Below, piece by piece: positions 12,101 through 23,360 of a stretch of 64,000 bases of DNA. The DNA lies in assembly GCF_964355755.1 (NCBI RefSeq), contig NC_092673.1, forward strand, positions 19,031,648-19,095,647, written 5' to 3'. The first letter of the stretch is position 1; each line of letters starts with the position of its first letter. The position numbers were made by a program, and so were the translations under genes. Origin of the DNA: Antedon mediterranea. Lineage: Eukaryota; Animalia; Echinodermata. A model generated the notes under the pieces. That model did not search any database and had not been told where the DNA came from. It saw only the letters and a list, made by a program, of their open reading frames with translations.

Positions 12101-15100
12101 GTGTTTTTATTGTCATATTGTATTTGTAGGTTTTGTTAACAATTCAGAAGTCATTTGAACCTTCTAAAGATGGTGGTAGAAGAGGCATTCAATATGAGAG
12201 ATGCATACTGTGTGGTGTATGTAGTGATACATCAGAAAAGAAGCACATTCAAAATCTTGATGACTTCCAATACGAGAAGTTGACATGCACCAAAACTGAC
12301 AAGTCTGTTTCGATGGATGTTACACGTTACCAGCGGCTATTTGGAGGTAAGAGTAATATAGATACAAGTTTATTTTCATTTATTTATTTGACCAAAAAAA
12401 CAATAAACTGAATGACCAATATGATTATTATGTATAATGTAATTACTATCAGAATCATTATTGATAATCTATACATTGTTACAACATGCTGCTATTAGCT
12501 GTGATATCTTCATTCCTCTTATCAGTAGTAGTACTATCAGAATCATTATTGATAATATACATTGTTACAACATGCTGCTGTTAGCTGTGATATCTTCATT
12601 CCTCTTACCAGTAGTAGTACTATCAGAATCATTATTGATAATCTATACATTGTTACAACATGCTGCTATTAGCTGTGTTATCTTCATTCCTCTTACCAGT
12701 AGTAGTACTATCAGAATCATTATTGATAATCTATACATTGTTACAACATGCTGCTGTTAGCTGTGATATCTTCATTCCTCTTACCAGTAGTAGTACTATC
12801 AGAATCATTATTGATAATCTATACATTGTTACAACATGCTGCTATTAGCTGTGATATCTTCATTTCTCTTACCAGTAGTAGTACTATCAGAATCATTATT
12901 GATAATCTATACATTGTTACAACATGCTGCTATTAGCTGTGATATCTTCATTCATCTTACCAGTAGTAGTACTATCAGAATCATTATTGATAATCTATAC
13001 ATTGTTACAACATGCTGCTATTAGCTGTGATATCTTCATTCCTCTAATACCAGTAGTAGTACTATCAGAATCATTATTGATAATCTATACATTGTTACAA
13101 CATGCTGCTAGTAGCTGTGATATCTTCATTCCTCTTACCAGTAGTAGTACTATCAGAATCATTATTGATAATCTATACATTGTTACAACATGCTGCTATT
13201 AGCTGTGATATCTTCATTCCTCTTAGTAGTAGTAGTACTATCAGAATCATTATTGATAATCTATACATTGTTACAACATGCTGCTATTAGCTGTGATATC
13301 TTCATTCCTCTTACCAGTAGTAGTAGTACTATCAGAATCATTATTGATAATCTATACATTGTTACAACATGCTGCTATTAGCTGTGATATCTTCATTCCT
13401 CTTTCCAGTAGTAGTACTATCAGAATCATTATTAATAATCTATACATTGTTACAACATGCTGCTATTAGCTGTGATATCTTCATTCCTCTTACCAGTAGT
13501 AGTTCTAGTAGAATCACATGATGTAATCACACCCCACTAAAAAAAGTACAAATGATCAATGTTATTATAGGATAATATCCTGTTGAAGTCTAAAATCTGT
13601 ACTCTACACTCTTTAATATAATTGAGACAATCCCCAAATCATTTCCTTTTGTTATGTTCTGTAGCAATAATGTCACTCGGCAGTGACAATACCTGCTAAA
13701 TGTGGTGTTCACAAAAGTAAATTGTTGCCTATATAACAACAGTTACACTTGTGATAACATGCTCTGTCATAGCTTGCATCCTAGCATATAGTATTGAATG
13801 AATTATTGTTTTATCATTATTTCATTTGTTACAGCTGATGATGTTGGGACATCTGGTTCAAATCAAGGTATGTTAAATTTACAATAAATAATATTTGGAT
13901 AATACTATTACTCTACTAATTTCCTTAAGAAGAACTCCCTCTCACCATTTTTAGAGAGAATCATTATTTTAAACTTTTTTGTGTGTACTTTTGATGGTAT
14001 CATACTCATTTTTCCATTCCAGAAATCTCAGAGAATGAATTCCGGCAACTGTTAACTGATACAGCAGCATGGTTTGATGGACTTGGATATCTCAAAATAT
14101 TGAAAGTTTTATACAAAGACCATCTTTCAAAATCGAATGTAGAGGTGGAAAGAGCTAGAAGTGTTTGGGATCTGCTACAGGATTTAAGAGCCTCAGGAAG
14201 TTTGAGTCCATCAAACCTTACTATTCTATATGACACAATAACAGTAACCAAGCAATTTGGCTTCCAGTCAAACGTTGAGAATCAACCTCCAGAAAATATT
14301 AAGGAGCATGTAGTATCAATGTTGACACCTTTCAGACAGAAGGTTTATCAACTGGGAGTAGAACTTAAAGAGGATGAAGTATCAACACTTGCCAGGTTAT
14401 TTAACAATATATTGGTAAAGACATATCAAGACAGCTGGAGTATGATAATGGACTTTGAACATAGAGGGATCATTGATAAGGATTTCACAAAGATGGTTGA
14501 GTTTCTTAAAGTTTTAGAACAAAATGGAATGACAAAAGCTAGGAAGATTTTCATTGATGGTTGGTTGGTTTATTTGTTTTTAGTTCATCATCATGGTTCA
14601 TTGTTAAAACATATTCAGTACATACTGTAGTACACTTCAATCTGTAATTAATTAAACATTTTAGGATTCAAATTATTATGTCCCTGTCTGTCTGCTATTA
14701 TAGTTGATTAAGGATATCAACCAACATTCGGTTAAATGGCAATTCAGCTGAATTGAATAACAAGTTAGTAAAATAACAATAATATGCTCAATGAGTCCAA
14801 TGGAAAATGAGCTGAAATGAAAAGTATGTTTGTTTTCCATGATATTATCCCTATAAATCAGATTGACCCAAACCTTTGGAACATAATAATAATCTGCATT
14901 TTAAAATTGCGAATGACTCATATTCCTGTAAGGCTCAGCATACCATTTGAGGGTCAAAGTACCGACTCTGAGGCTGATTCAGACCTTTACTATTGCAAGA
15001 GGATCATTAAGTTGTATAAGAAAGCCACAGGCTGAGAGCGAACCCATCACCACCTCAGTGCCAATTTATGCAGCCGGACACCAGTTTATTTACATTTCCT

Positions 15101-17338
15101 AATTAAGAGTTTGTTTCAATGACAATTAGCTTACTGAAACACTTCTTTTAATCATCATCCATCCTAGGTGGATTGAAAAATCCAGAAGTCATCCAGTAGT
15201 CATATTCTACATAATTATATGTATTCTAAATAAGTATATATATGTCTTCTGGTACAGGCATGTCTTTTGGTACTGGCACATCTGGATCTTCTGGTGCAGG
15301 TGTGTCGTCTGGTGCAGGTGTGTCTTCTGGTGCAGACGCATCTTCTGGTGCAGGTGTGTCTTCTGGTGCAGACGCATCTTCTGGTGCAGGTGTGTCTTCT
15401 GGTGCAGGTGCATCTTCTGGTGCAGGTGTGTCTTCTGATGCAGTTGTGCCGTCAGGTGCAGGTGTGTCTTCAGGTGAATATCAAGGCATTAGAACAAGGC
15501 TTTATTACCTTTCAATGTTAAGTGAATGTAGTTGTTTATGCAGTTAAAATCTGTATTTATTAGGCAACCTTAAAATAACTTGAGTTTAAGTTTTTCTTTG
15601 ACTTTCTCCAAATCTATTCCGTTCATTTCTTTTTTAGGTAGACCTGTGAAGCAAAACATTATACATTAATCCTGTTTGTTGCTTAAACATTCGTTCCACT
15701 CTGTGGTTCAAAAACTTTTATTTATTAAATATTTCACTGTTATTTAACAGTTTATGTTAATTTTTAATAGTCAGTAGTTATCGTTTAGCATACATTGTAT
15801 AATAAGCATACTTAAAATAACATCTTGTAGCTAGTTGTACTAATAATAAATGTAATGTAATGATTTTACAACATTCCAAAAACTTTTTTCTACAGATGGG
15901 GAAGATGAAGATGAATCACTCATCAACCAAACAGGTATGATCCATCTGTAACCTTTTTTCTGTTAAGAACATGTGTATAGATACTTGTTTTATTTATCTT
16001 GTTTTTAATGACTTGATGAAAACTATTGTTAAATGTCATTGTGACCTTATGTGTATTAGTGTATTAATCGGCAATTTGAGATTAGTATAGTAGTTGTTTT
16101 TTATATAGATAAATGTTGTATCATTCATTGTAAATTTAATATCATTATATAGTATTATTTGTATGTACAAAGGCCAGCAGAGTTTCCCTGCTAGATAATA
16201 ACATTTTTAATGAATTGAAATATCCGTGCCTTTTGATTAAAACAACAAATTAATACTGTATACTGTACATACCATTCAAACTATATATTTTTTATTTACT
16301 CAAGGCTTTGGTACACATTTTAACATAATATTAAAATGGTTTATGTTTAGCATTTAAACATTTATTTACTTTCAATAACATAGTAACAAAAGAAAAGGAG
16401 ATAAATAATATGACAAAGTAACATTGAAGGAGGACTTGTGTTGAGCAAGCTTGAAACATAAAATAAAGTGACTGTGTTCATACTTTGTTAACCTAAATAG
16501 TGCATACTATTACACACCATGTGACCCACAATAGTCCAATCAAATGACAGGAATTATTTAGGTGTTATATAACACTGTATACTGTACTGTACACATTCAA
16601 ACTATATATTTTTTATTTAATCAAGGCTTTGATCCACATTTTAACATAATATTAAAATGGTTTATGTTTAACTGTGTTTATACTTTGGGGTTAGAGTGTT
16701 TAATTGTTTAATTATTTCTCACTATATCATTTTCTTAATGAGCTTGTTTTGTTGTTATTTCAGGTACGCATCATGGCAGGTAAGTATTTTCCACATATGT
16801 ATTGTTATTTGATAAAATTAAAATATATTTTGTTAATAAATGGGCACTTTTTCATTTCATTTATTTTGCCACATAAAATTTACAACAATAAAATTACAAA
16901 AAACAAAATAAAAAAGATAAAAGAAATTACTCCGGTCATCGGCGACACGTACGAACAATTGTAGAAATAATTTATCCCTACTATGATATGATATTATAAA
17001 TAACATTTTCAGAGATAATCTGTTTGATGTATTTGTTAAGTTTCCAATATCATCGCCTTGAACTGTTACCATGTAAATTTCCTGTGAAGAATGAAATAAA
17101 GTTTATCTGTATCTGTACTCTCCGCCTCTCCACAAAGGCCAGCAAGATTACCAAAAGCGTCTTGTGGCTCTCCGCATCATTGTTAAAAGTTCAACTACAA
17201 TCATTTGAAAGATCAGGTTGAAAGAAACAACAATTTTAATGTTAATACTTGATTAGAATTTTAATTATTTAATTGTACTTTTTTAATTCTAGTCGAAAGC
17301 AAAAGAAACGTAGCAAATGTGGTTGCAAGTTGTTATAA
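41..17338 (+). CDS. ROCO-family protein, 5' end upstream of window: ankyrin repeats - ROC GTPase - COR - tandem DED-like - Ser/Gly linker - CaaX; one apparent 1-nt frameshift near 11483
   Basis: Manually spliced GT-AG exons with compatible phases: 41-151, 1272-1379, 1601-1711, 2119-2229, 4172-4256, 4515-4674, 4974-5059, 5389-5447, 5764-5884, 8004-8161, 8615-8704, 8898-9071, 9305-9556, 10246-10440, 10891-11085, 11294-11595 (1 nt short), 11684-11758, 12130-12346, 13835-13867, 14023-14559, 15258-15473, 15896-15934, 16764-16779, 17293-17338. Motifs GQEGVGKT, TDGI, WDHGGQ, IVGTHK, VPLKW. Confidence 0.85.
1272..1379 (+). CDS. ankyrin-repeat cassette exon B (NGNTPLHSYLGSVYTPTLEIVMCLIQHGAPVALQNK)
   Basis: Same acceptor, AAG|gtaaat donor, 108 nt, phase 0-0. 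Confidence 0.9.
1601..1711 (+). CDS. ankyrin-repeat cassette exon C (VGDTLLHSYLRIEYTQPTLEIVTCLIQQGAPVALQNK)
   Basis: Same splice context, 111 nt, phase 0-0. Confidence 0.88.
1781..1935 (+). pseudogene. internally deleted relic of an ankyrin cassette
   Basis: Upstream intron shell (..gttgtcagtattata) is fused directly to the exon 3' end (caccagcaacattgcaaaagaag|gtaatg); acceptor and most of the exon are missing. Confidence 0.75.
2119..2229 (+). CDS. ankyrin-repeat cassette exon A' (identical to 41-151)
   Basis: Nucleotide-identical to exon A at offset 2078. Confidence 0.9.
3541..3675 (+). pseudogene. second internally deleted ankyrin cassette relic
   Basis: Same deletion junction as 1781-1935. 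Confidence 0.72.
4515..9470 (+). CDS. ROC GTPase domain exons
   Basis: G1 LKVIGQEGVGKTCL (4515-4674), G2 VTDGI (4974-5059), G3 FNIWDHGGQ (8004-8161), ALYIVVFDLS (8615-8704), G4-like LIVGTHKG (8898-9071), FAVENS (9305-9556). Confidence 0.88.
6225..7380. repeat. intronic ~58-bp minisatellite (~20 copies)
   Basis: Unit gactcggtgtaacaatgattatgaagactgcaatgatgataatgacaacaatgatgat; two more copies at 7779-7900. Confidence 0.95.
9471..12346 (+). CDS. COR domain exons with Cys-rich C-terminal segment
   Basis: VPLKW start, LNFLYNLGEIVY, VLDP, LMIQLGFI, FFVPLRL, YLPDVLF, CILCGVC..H..C motifs typical of ROCO COR regions. Confidence 0.8.
10618..10800 (-). mobile_element. truncated SINE (Nin/Deu-like core) with (CTTTAC)n tail
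   Basis: GC-richer intronic island starting aaaggtaaaggtaaaggta and containing cccctactcttttcgaatagtg..ttctttaacgtgc, which resembles invertebrate SINE cores. Confidence 0.45.
12445..13515. repeat. intronic 88-bp tandem repeat (~12 copies)
   Basis: Period of 88 seen directly (ORF starts 12660/12748/12836/12924). Confidence 0.95.
14023..14559 (+). CDS. tandem death-effector-domain-like exon (phase 1-1, 179 codons)
   Basis: Two helical death-fold-like repeats: FRQLL..LKVL..SVWDLLQDL..GSLSPSNLTILYDTI and FRQKVYQLGVELKEDEV..SMIMDFEHRGII..EFLKVL. Confidence 0.7.
15258..15473 (+). CDS. Ser/Gly/Ala low-complexity linker exon built from an 18-bp repeat (SSGAGV)n
   Basis: tacag acceptor, G|gtgaat donor, 216 nt, phase 1-1, frame-preserving 18-nt unit tcttctggtgcaggtgtg. 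Confidence 0.6.
17293..17338 (+). CDS. terminal coding exon: polybasic stretch plus CaaX box (SRKQKKRSKCGCKLL*)
   Basis: ttttaattctag acceptor; phase 2 matches micro-exon 16764-16779; TAA at 17336-17338 followed by a gtatag donor to a probable UTR exon at 17591. Confidence 0.7.
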
Positions 17339-18584
17339 GGTATAGTATTTAACTTGTGTATATAACAGTTTAAAAAATTGAATTTGTTTCTAAAGTCATG
17401 CACTGTTTTTCTATAAAAAAAACTACTGTAGTTTCAAAATGTAAGAAATCCTTTGTTTTCCTATAAAATGCTTTTTTTTGTAGATTAAATTATGTAAATT
17501 ACAGAACTTTAATAAACAAAAATATAGAAAGCTCTCAAGAATATTTCTAAAAAGATGAAGATTTATGAAATATTTTCACTTTGATTACAGCTCACTGGTG
17601 GATAGTTACTATAACATGGTTTATTCTATTGGCAACCTTTGTCATCTTAATTATTATATATGACGGCTTAGCAGCAAGAATTGGCAATGGTATTGGATTG
17701 TTTGTAACTGTTGGTGGCTGTATAAGAATTTCACCAAGTCTCGTACTTGGTCAACATACACAACAAAAGACAGAAAGAATGTACACTATCAAGTAGTTTC
17801 CCGGTGAGAACAATTATAGATCACAAGGAAGATACTGTTAACAGCCCGTATGTAGAATATGAAAGATAGATGTGAAATGAAAAATATGTGAAAATATAAT
17901 GGGAGTTTTGCCACAATGTAATGAATGACTAAAGGGAGTTAACTAGAAAGATACTCCGAGAGTGCATACCTCCGCCTACTGTGAAATTCTCCTACATAAG
18001 ATTTCTCCGGTAAAAAAGAAATATATATATATATTTGTGTGTGTCTTAATGCTGTTTGTGATTTAGGCTAATTTCACTACAAGCATGTGTATGCGAGTTT
18101 GGTGTAATGGTTATGTAACAAGCCTTTCAATTAACAATAGCTTCAGTTGACTAACAATAGAACAGCAACGCGAAAATCAAACGAGTGAATTTGAAAAGAA
18201 ATAGGTTTTTTAAACTACTCGCATTAAACAACGTGCACATTAAATCGAATTATGTTTTAAATTTACAAATCAGAAATTATAACTCTTGCCTCTTGTACAA
18301 AAATGAAGTTTTTTGGAAAAGTAGTTCTCAAGAAAATGCAATTTTAGTTTATTTGTTACTTTAAGACTGCTCGCCGGCTTTTGGAAAATTCTGTCCTATC
18401 TTTTAACACTAGCAGGTCTGAATAGTATACTAAAAAAGTGGTCCAGAATTGGGACCATGGTCCCAAATGGTCCCAAAATTGAATGGAATGGTCCTTGACC
18501 ACATATCTATCCGTAAATTCATTTTGGTAAAGATCTTGTAATTAATTTTTGAGTAATCCTGCTAACAAACAAACAAAGAAACAA

Positions 18585-19986
18585 ATGAAAGCACTCAGAA
18601 ACTGAGTGAAGTACTTGGCAAAATATATCCACTGACTGGGAGCATGTTGAAAGATACAATTTTTGCTTTAGGTATTATCTTTACATGGTTAAAATACTGA
18701 TAAGGTTAATAATTTGTTTAAAGACGTATTGTCCCTTTGTCAAATTCCAAAAAAATAAAAATAAAAAGATTTCGAAAAAAAGTGGGTAATTTTGAACTAT
18801 CATAATAGTTATTAACTTTCACCAAAAATTAGTCGGAAAAAAAAATCATTTAACTGAAATACAGACGTTTTTTGGTTCAAAAAATAACTTTGACTTCCAG
18901 TCAAAGTTTTTGATCAAAACATATCTCATAATGCAATGCGATTGTTTGGCTACTCTGTATGCATAATCATAAAACTTCCTCGCGGTCTGTGTGAAAACGC
19001 CTTCTTAACTGTTACAAGGTGTAAACAATCCTAATTAACATCATGCATAATGTATACTCATGGTTTGAAATCATTGTTTACTTTCGCTCGCGACTATTTT
19101 CCAGACGAAATGTAATAAAATTAATTTAGCTGTTAATTACGTAAAATTGTTGTTTTTGGCTTGAATTTTCGACTTAAAGTGAATAACTTTATTATTACTT
19201 TGATGTGGCCAATTAAAATTTAGTATATTTTGACCTTCATTTTTTTGTGTTTCAAGGGACAATACATCTTTAAATAATTTTTAATGCAAACAATTCCGGC
19301 ATTGCAACAATGACCTTTCTAAAATCAAGTTTGACCAGAATAATGGTCGAGGAGTGTCTTGAAGCTGTACCGATTTGCGGCGCCTCTGCCTTAACCCATT
19401 TAGTAATATATCAATTTACCTGAAAATCAATAAGCATGTTCTGTAAGTATATACCTGATGAAATAAGGAAGGACACACGCTGGTGCTAACAAAACTACTT
19501 ATCAACTTACAATAGTTTAATTTGAATAACAATAGAACAGCAACGCCAAAAACAAACGGGTGAATTTGAAAAGAAATAAGTATAAAAAAGCTGGTACACT
19601 GAATCAACTTTTGTTTTAAAATTAAAAATCACAATTTATAACTCTTGTTCTCGAGAAAATGCAATTTCAGTACACTTGTTACTTTAAGACTGCTCGCCGG
19701 CTTTTGAAAATTGTCTCCTATCTTTTAACACTAGCCGGTCTGAAAATAATATCATTTTTGTTATTTGTGAAGTTATTAATAAACCAATTTTGTTGATTTT
19801 CAATAGGCATGGTCTGACTATATATACCTATCTACACCCAAAAATTCAGAACGATAACTTGAAAACTGTAGGCGCTATCGTGCTAACAAACAAACAAACA
19901 AACAAACATACAAACATACAAACATACAAACATACATACAAACAAAGTGAATACTATACTTGGCAAAATTCTTTTTTGCCAAGTAA
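18585..19986 (+). mobile_element. second HINE-like element nested in the microsatellite of the first
   Basis: 5' sub-TIR tacttggcaaaa (18612); 3' hairpin tacttggcaaaattcttttttgccaagta (19957-19985); own (AAAC/ATAC)n tract; internal segment homologous to the outer element. Confidence 0.6.
18722..19269. mobile_element. Kolobok-type MITE
   Basis: TTAA on both sides; TIR agacgtattgtccctt / aagggacaatacatct (15/16). Confidence 0.85.
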
Positions 19987-22189
19987 CAAACAGACAGACA
20001 AACAAACCCACGCGATTGATTACATATACCTCCTTGGCGGAGGTAAATTAAATATTGCCATCAAAATGTCAAAACTTTATAAGTTATTAAAGGATCAAAT
20101 AAAAAGAAATCATTAAATGAAATTAAGTGAGTAATGCAAGGCCAGAATTATGTATGTAAATATTATCTCTTGTTTAATATTTAGTTTTATTAAGCTTGAC
20201 ATGTCGTAGTGGTTATATTGAAAACCAATTCTCTTATTACATTACATTACCTACATCAGTTACATAATTAACATACACATTCTGATTGGTAGGATATGGG
20301 AAAAACTTTTTTTTCAAATATTGATAAGTAGTTAGATGGTCAATTAGAGATGTCCTTACAGTCTTATTGTTTTTTCAAAGTGCATATTGTAGCTATAAAC
20401 ATGTTAAAGTAAAATAATAATTCGATAAATAAAGAAAATTCAAATTAATAAGGGGACAGGGTATGAAGGCAGCTAATATGTGTTTGATGGTGATATAATG
20501 ATACTGATGATAATAATGTTGTTTGATGGTGATATAATGATACTGATGATAATAATGTTGTTATTTGTTTTGTATTAATAACTACAGTAGTTATGATTAA
20601 TTATGCTAAATTGTATTTTAAATCAAGAAATCATGTAATAATTAGACCATGACAATCTAAATGTTTTGTAACCAAGACAATAATATTTTCCACCCAACAA
20701 CACAATTTGTTGGGGATAAATCTAAAAGCTGTAGGAATCACTGTATTTATAGTACAGGGATTTTAACAACACAATTTGTTGTGGATAAATCTAAAAGCTG
20801 TAGGAATCCCTGTATTTATAGTCCAGGGATTTTAACAACACAATTTGTTGTGGATAAATCAAAAAGCTGTAGGAATCCCTGTATTTATAGTACAGGGATT
20901 TTAACAACACAATTTGTTGTGGATAAATCTATAAGCTGTAGGAATCACTGTATTTATAGTACAGGGATTTTAACAACACAATTTGTTGTGGATGAATCCA
21001 AAAGCTGTAGGAATCCCTGTATTTATAGTACAGGGATTTTAACAACACAATTTGTTGTGGATAAATCCAAAAGCTGTAGGAATCACTGTATTTATAGTAC
21101 AGGGATTTTAACAACACAATTTGTTGTGGATAAATCCAAAAGCTGTAGGAATCCCTGTATTTATAGTAGGGGCCTACAGGGATTTTAACAACACAATTTG
21201 TTGTGGATAAATCTAAAAGCTGTAGGAATCACTGTATTAGTAGGCCTGTTAAGTGACCCAATCCTTCAAATTGTGATAACATTCTGAAACTTTGCACAGT
21301 TATTCATTAGGGTGTCAAAAATATGAAATGGAAGGGTTGCACAAAATTTGGTCAGGGAAAGCCGCCATTTTGGATTTCAAAATGGCGGACCCAAATTGTT
21401 CACTTTTCAGGTATATCTCTGCTAAATAGGCACCTAGAGTTCTGAATTTAGGTGCAAATTATATGGTAATGGGGTCACCAAACATATTAGTATAACTAAC
21501 ATTTTAATTGCATGGCGGCCATTTTGGATTTCAAAATGGCGGACTTCAAATTTTCACTTTTTAGGTATATCTCTGCTAAAGAGGCACCTAGAGTTCTGAT
21601 TTTAGGTGCAAATTATATGGTAGTGGGGTCACCAAACATACTGGTATAACTAACATTTTGATTCCATGGCGGCCATGTTGGATTTCAAAATGGCGGATTT
21701 CAAATTTTCATTTTTCAGGCATATCTCTGCTAAAAAGGCACCTAGAGTTCTGATTTTAGGTGCAAATTATATGTTAATGGGGTCACCAAACATATTGGTA
21801 TAACTAACATTTTGATTGCATGGCGGCCATTTTGGATTTCAAAATGGCGGACTTCAAATTTTTACTTTTCAGGTATCTCTGCTAAAAAGGTACACAGAGT
21901 TCTGATTTTAGGTGCCAATTATATGGTAATGGGTAACCAAACATATTGGTATTTAACTGACATTTTTATTGCATGGCGGCCATTTTGAATTTCAAAATGG
22001 CGAACTCAAAATGTTTCAGTACGGTACCTACAGTTATAATTTTAGGTACAAAGTATAATACAGTATTGAGGTCAACAAACATATTAGTATAACGTCTTTG
22101 ATTGCATGGCGGCCATTTTGAATGTAGCTCAACCCGTACTGGCTTTACACTATTTGTTTATGTTCATAATTACATGCATTTAACACGGA

Positions 22190-23360
22190 CACTTATTGTA
22201 GATCACATTTTCCCTGGCAACCACACAGCTCTGTACATCGTAAATCACTCTTTCTGCATTTACAGCATCCAAGATCACAGTCGGTGTGTCTACAGCGAAT
22301 TAAAACCTTTGTGACATCTGAAAGTTCCGGCAATGAACTCCAAGCTGGACTAAATTTGTTGCCGTCCTTCCTCTATCCCCAGTTCGCTGGGTCCTGTTCA
22401 ACCCTGAATGCATTTAGACAGTCGTACCACTTCCTGGCTTCCGTTTCACAAGTTCTCTTAATGCCGCAGATGTTGGGGGATATTTTCAATAGTCTTGCAT
22501 CATTAAATGTTCTGCAGTAGACATAGTTACAACAAACTGTTCTAGATAATCTGTGTCTGTTTCACTAACATGCCCTACAGACAATGACATCCTCTCAAAA
22601 ACTGGAGTCATACATGGCATCTTTTTCAAAGTCTCGTTAAATGTAGCTTTACCTTTTCCTTAAACAGATGAAGTTCTATCACAACCGCTAATGGTATGAA
22701 AGAACAAGTAAGCGGCTGATGCTTGTGATCCAAGAGAAGAAGCAATCTCGTGTATTGGGATGTACTTCAAGTGCCTCCCCACTCCAAACTCGATCCGAAG
22801 CTCGTGGATGCCAGGTATTCTGTGGAAAGCTGACAACAACATCACTGTGTACAGTCTTGACAATGCGTGGAAAATTTCAGCGGCAAGTTTAACGTGAACA
22901 AACATACGTTCATCTGCCTCTTCTATGTTACATGGCATCAGCGATTGTATATTTACTGGTTTGTTACAGCTCTGTCTCCCAAAGACCCTACAAACATTCG
23001 TGATTTGTGCCAATGTTCTCTACTACTTCAGTTACAATAAATGAAAACAACTCTGATTTGTTGTCATCAAATCTAAAAAATGTGGTCCAATTGTTGGGCA
23101 AGCTCCTGCTGGCTTTAACGACCCTCCTTACACCAGAGACGCGGTTTGAACGCGTACCAGACTTTAAACTGTCGTTAAAGTATCTATCGAAAAACAAATC
23201 TAGTCGTGTCACTGATCGAAGTTGATGGTTGTATGACACTTGATATATACTCAATGAATGTCTTCGAATCATTGGGCCTGAGCATATTGATTATTGCTGG
23301 TCCATCTAACACCTTGGCAGCAACTAATGGTGCTTCATTTTGTCGTACAACCATATATAG
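22190..23360 (-). pseudogene. AcademX transposase 3' fragment (XPG-like nuclease + Cys-rich CXC), left arm
   Basis: VTRLDLFFDRYFNDSLK, CNIEEADERMFVHV, FFHTISGCDRTSS, ..ELCGCQGKC*; frameshifted. Confidence 0.8.

Larger units (their letters stand above)
17941..20047 (+). mobile_element. Helentron-associated (DINE/HINE-like) non-autonomous element, outer copy
   Basis: 5' aactagaaag..tacctccgcc; 3' hairpin tacctccttggcggaggta preceded by an (AAAC/AGAC)n microsatellite. Confidence 0.65.

Noticed and set aside
12445-13515. CRISPR-like regular array and repeated hydrophobic ORFs
   Set aside because: Head-to-tail 88-bp units with no unique spacers and no cas genes, in eukaryotic intron context. The same applies to the 69-, 89- and 183-bp arrays.
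14920-15085. tRNA gene on the minus strand
   Set aside because: Only a weak B-box-like GGTTCG word and no cloverleaf; at best a decayed SINE head.
15168-15199. Alternative exon GGLKNPEVIQ* after the DED exon
   Set aside because: The acceptor is plausible but stops immediately; the downstream in-phase chain to the CaaX exon is more coherent. Cannot be excluded without RNA data.
17581-17796. 71-aa hydrophobic ORF resembling a membrane protein
   Set aside because: It has a non-ATG start and begins at a splice acceptor just downstream of the ROCO stop codon, so it is most likely a 3' UTR exon.
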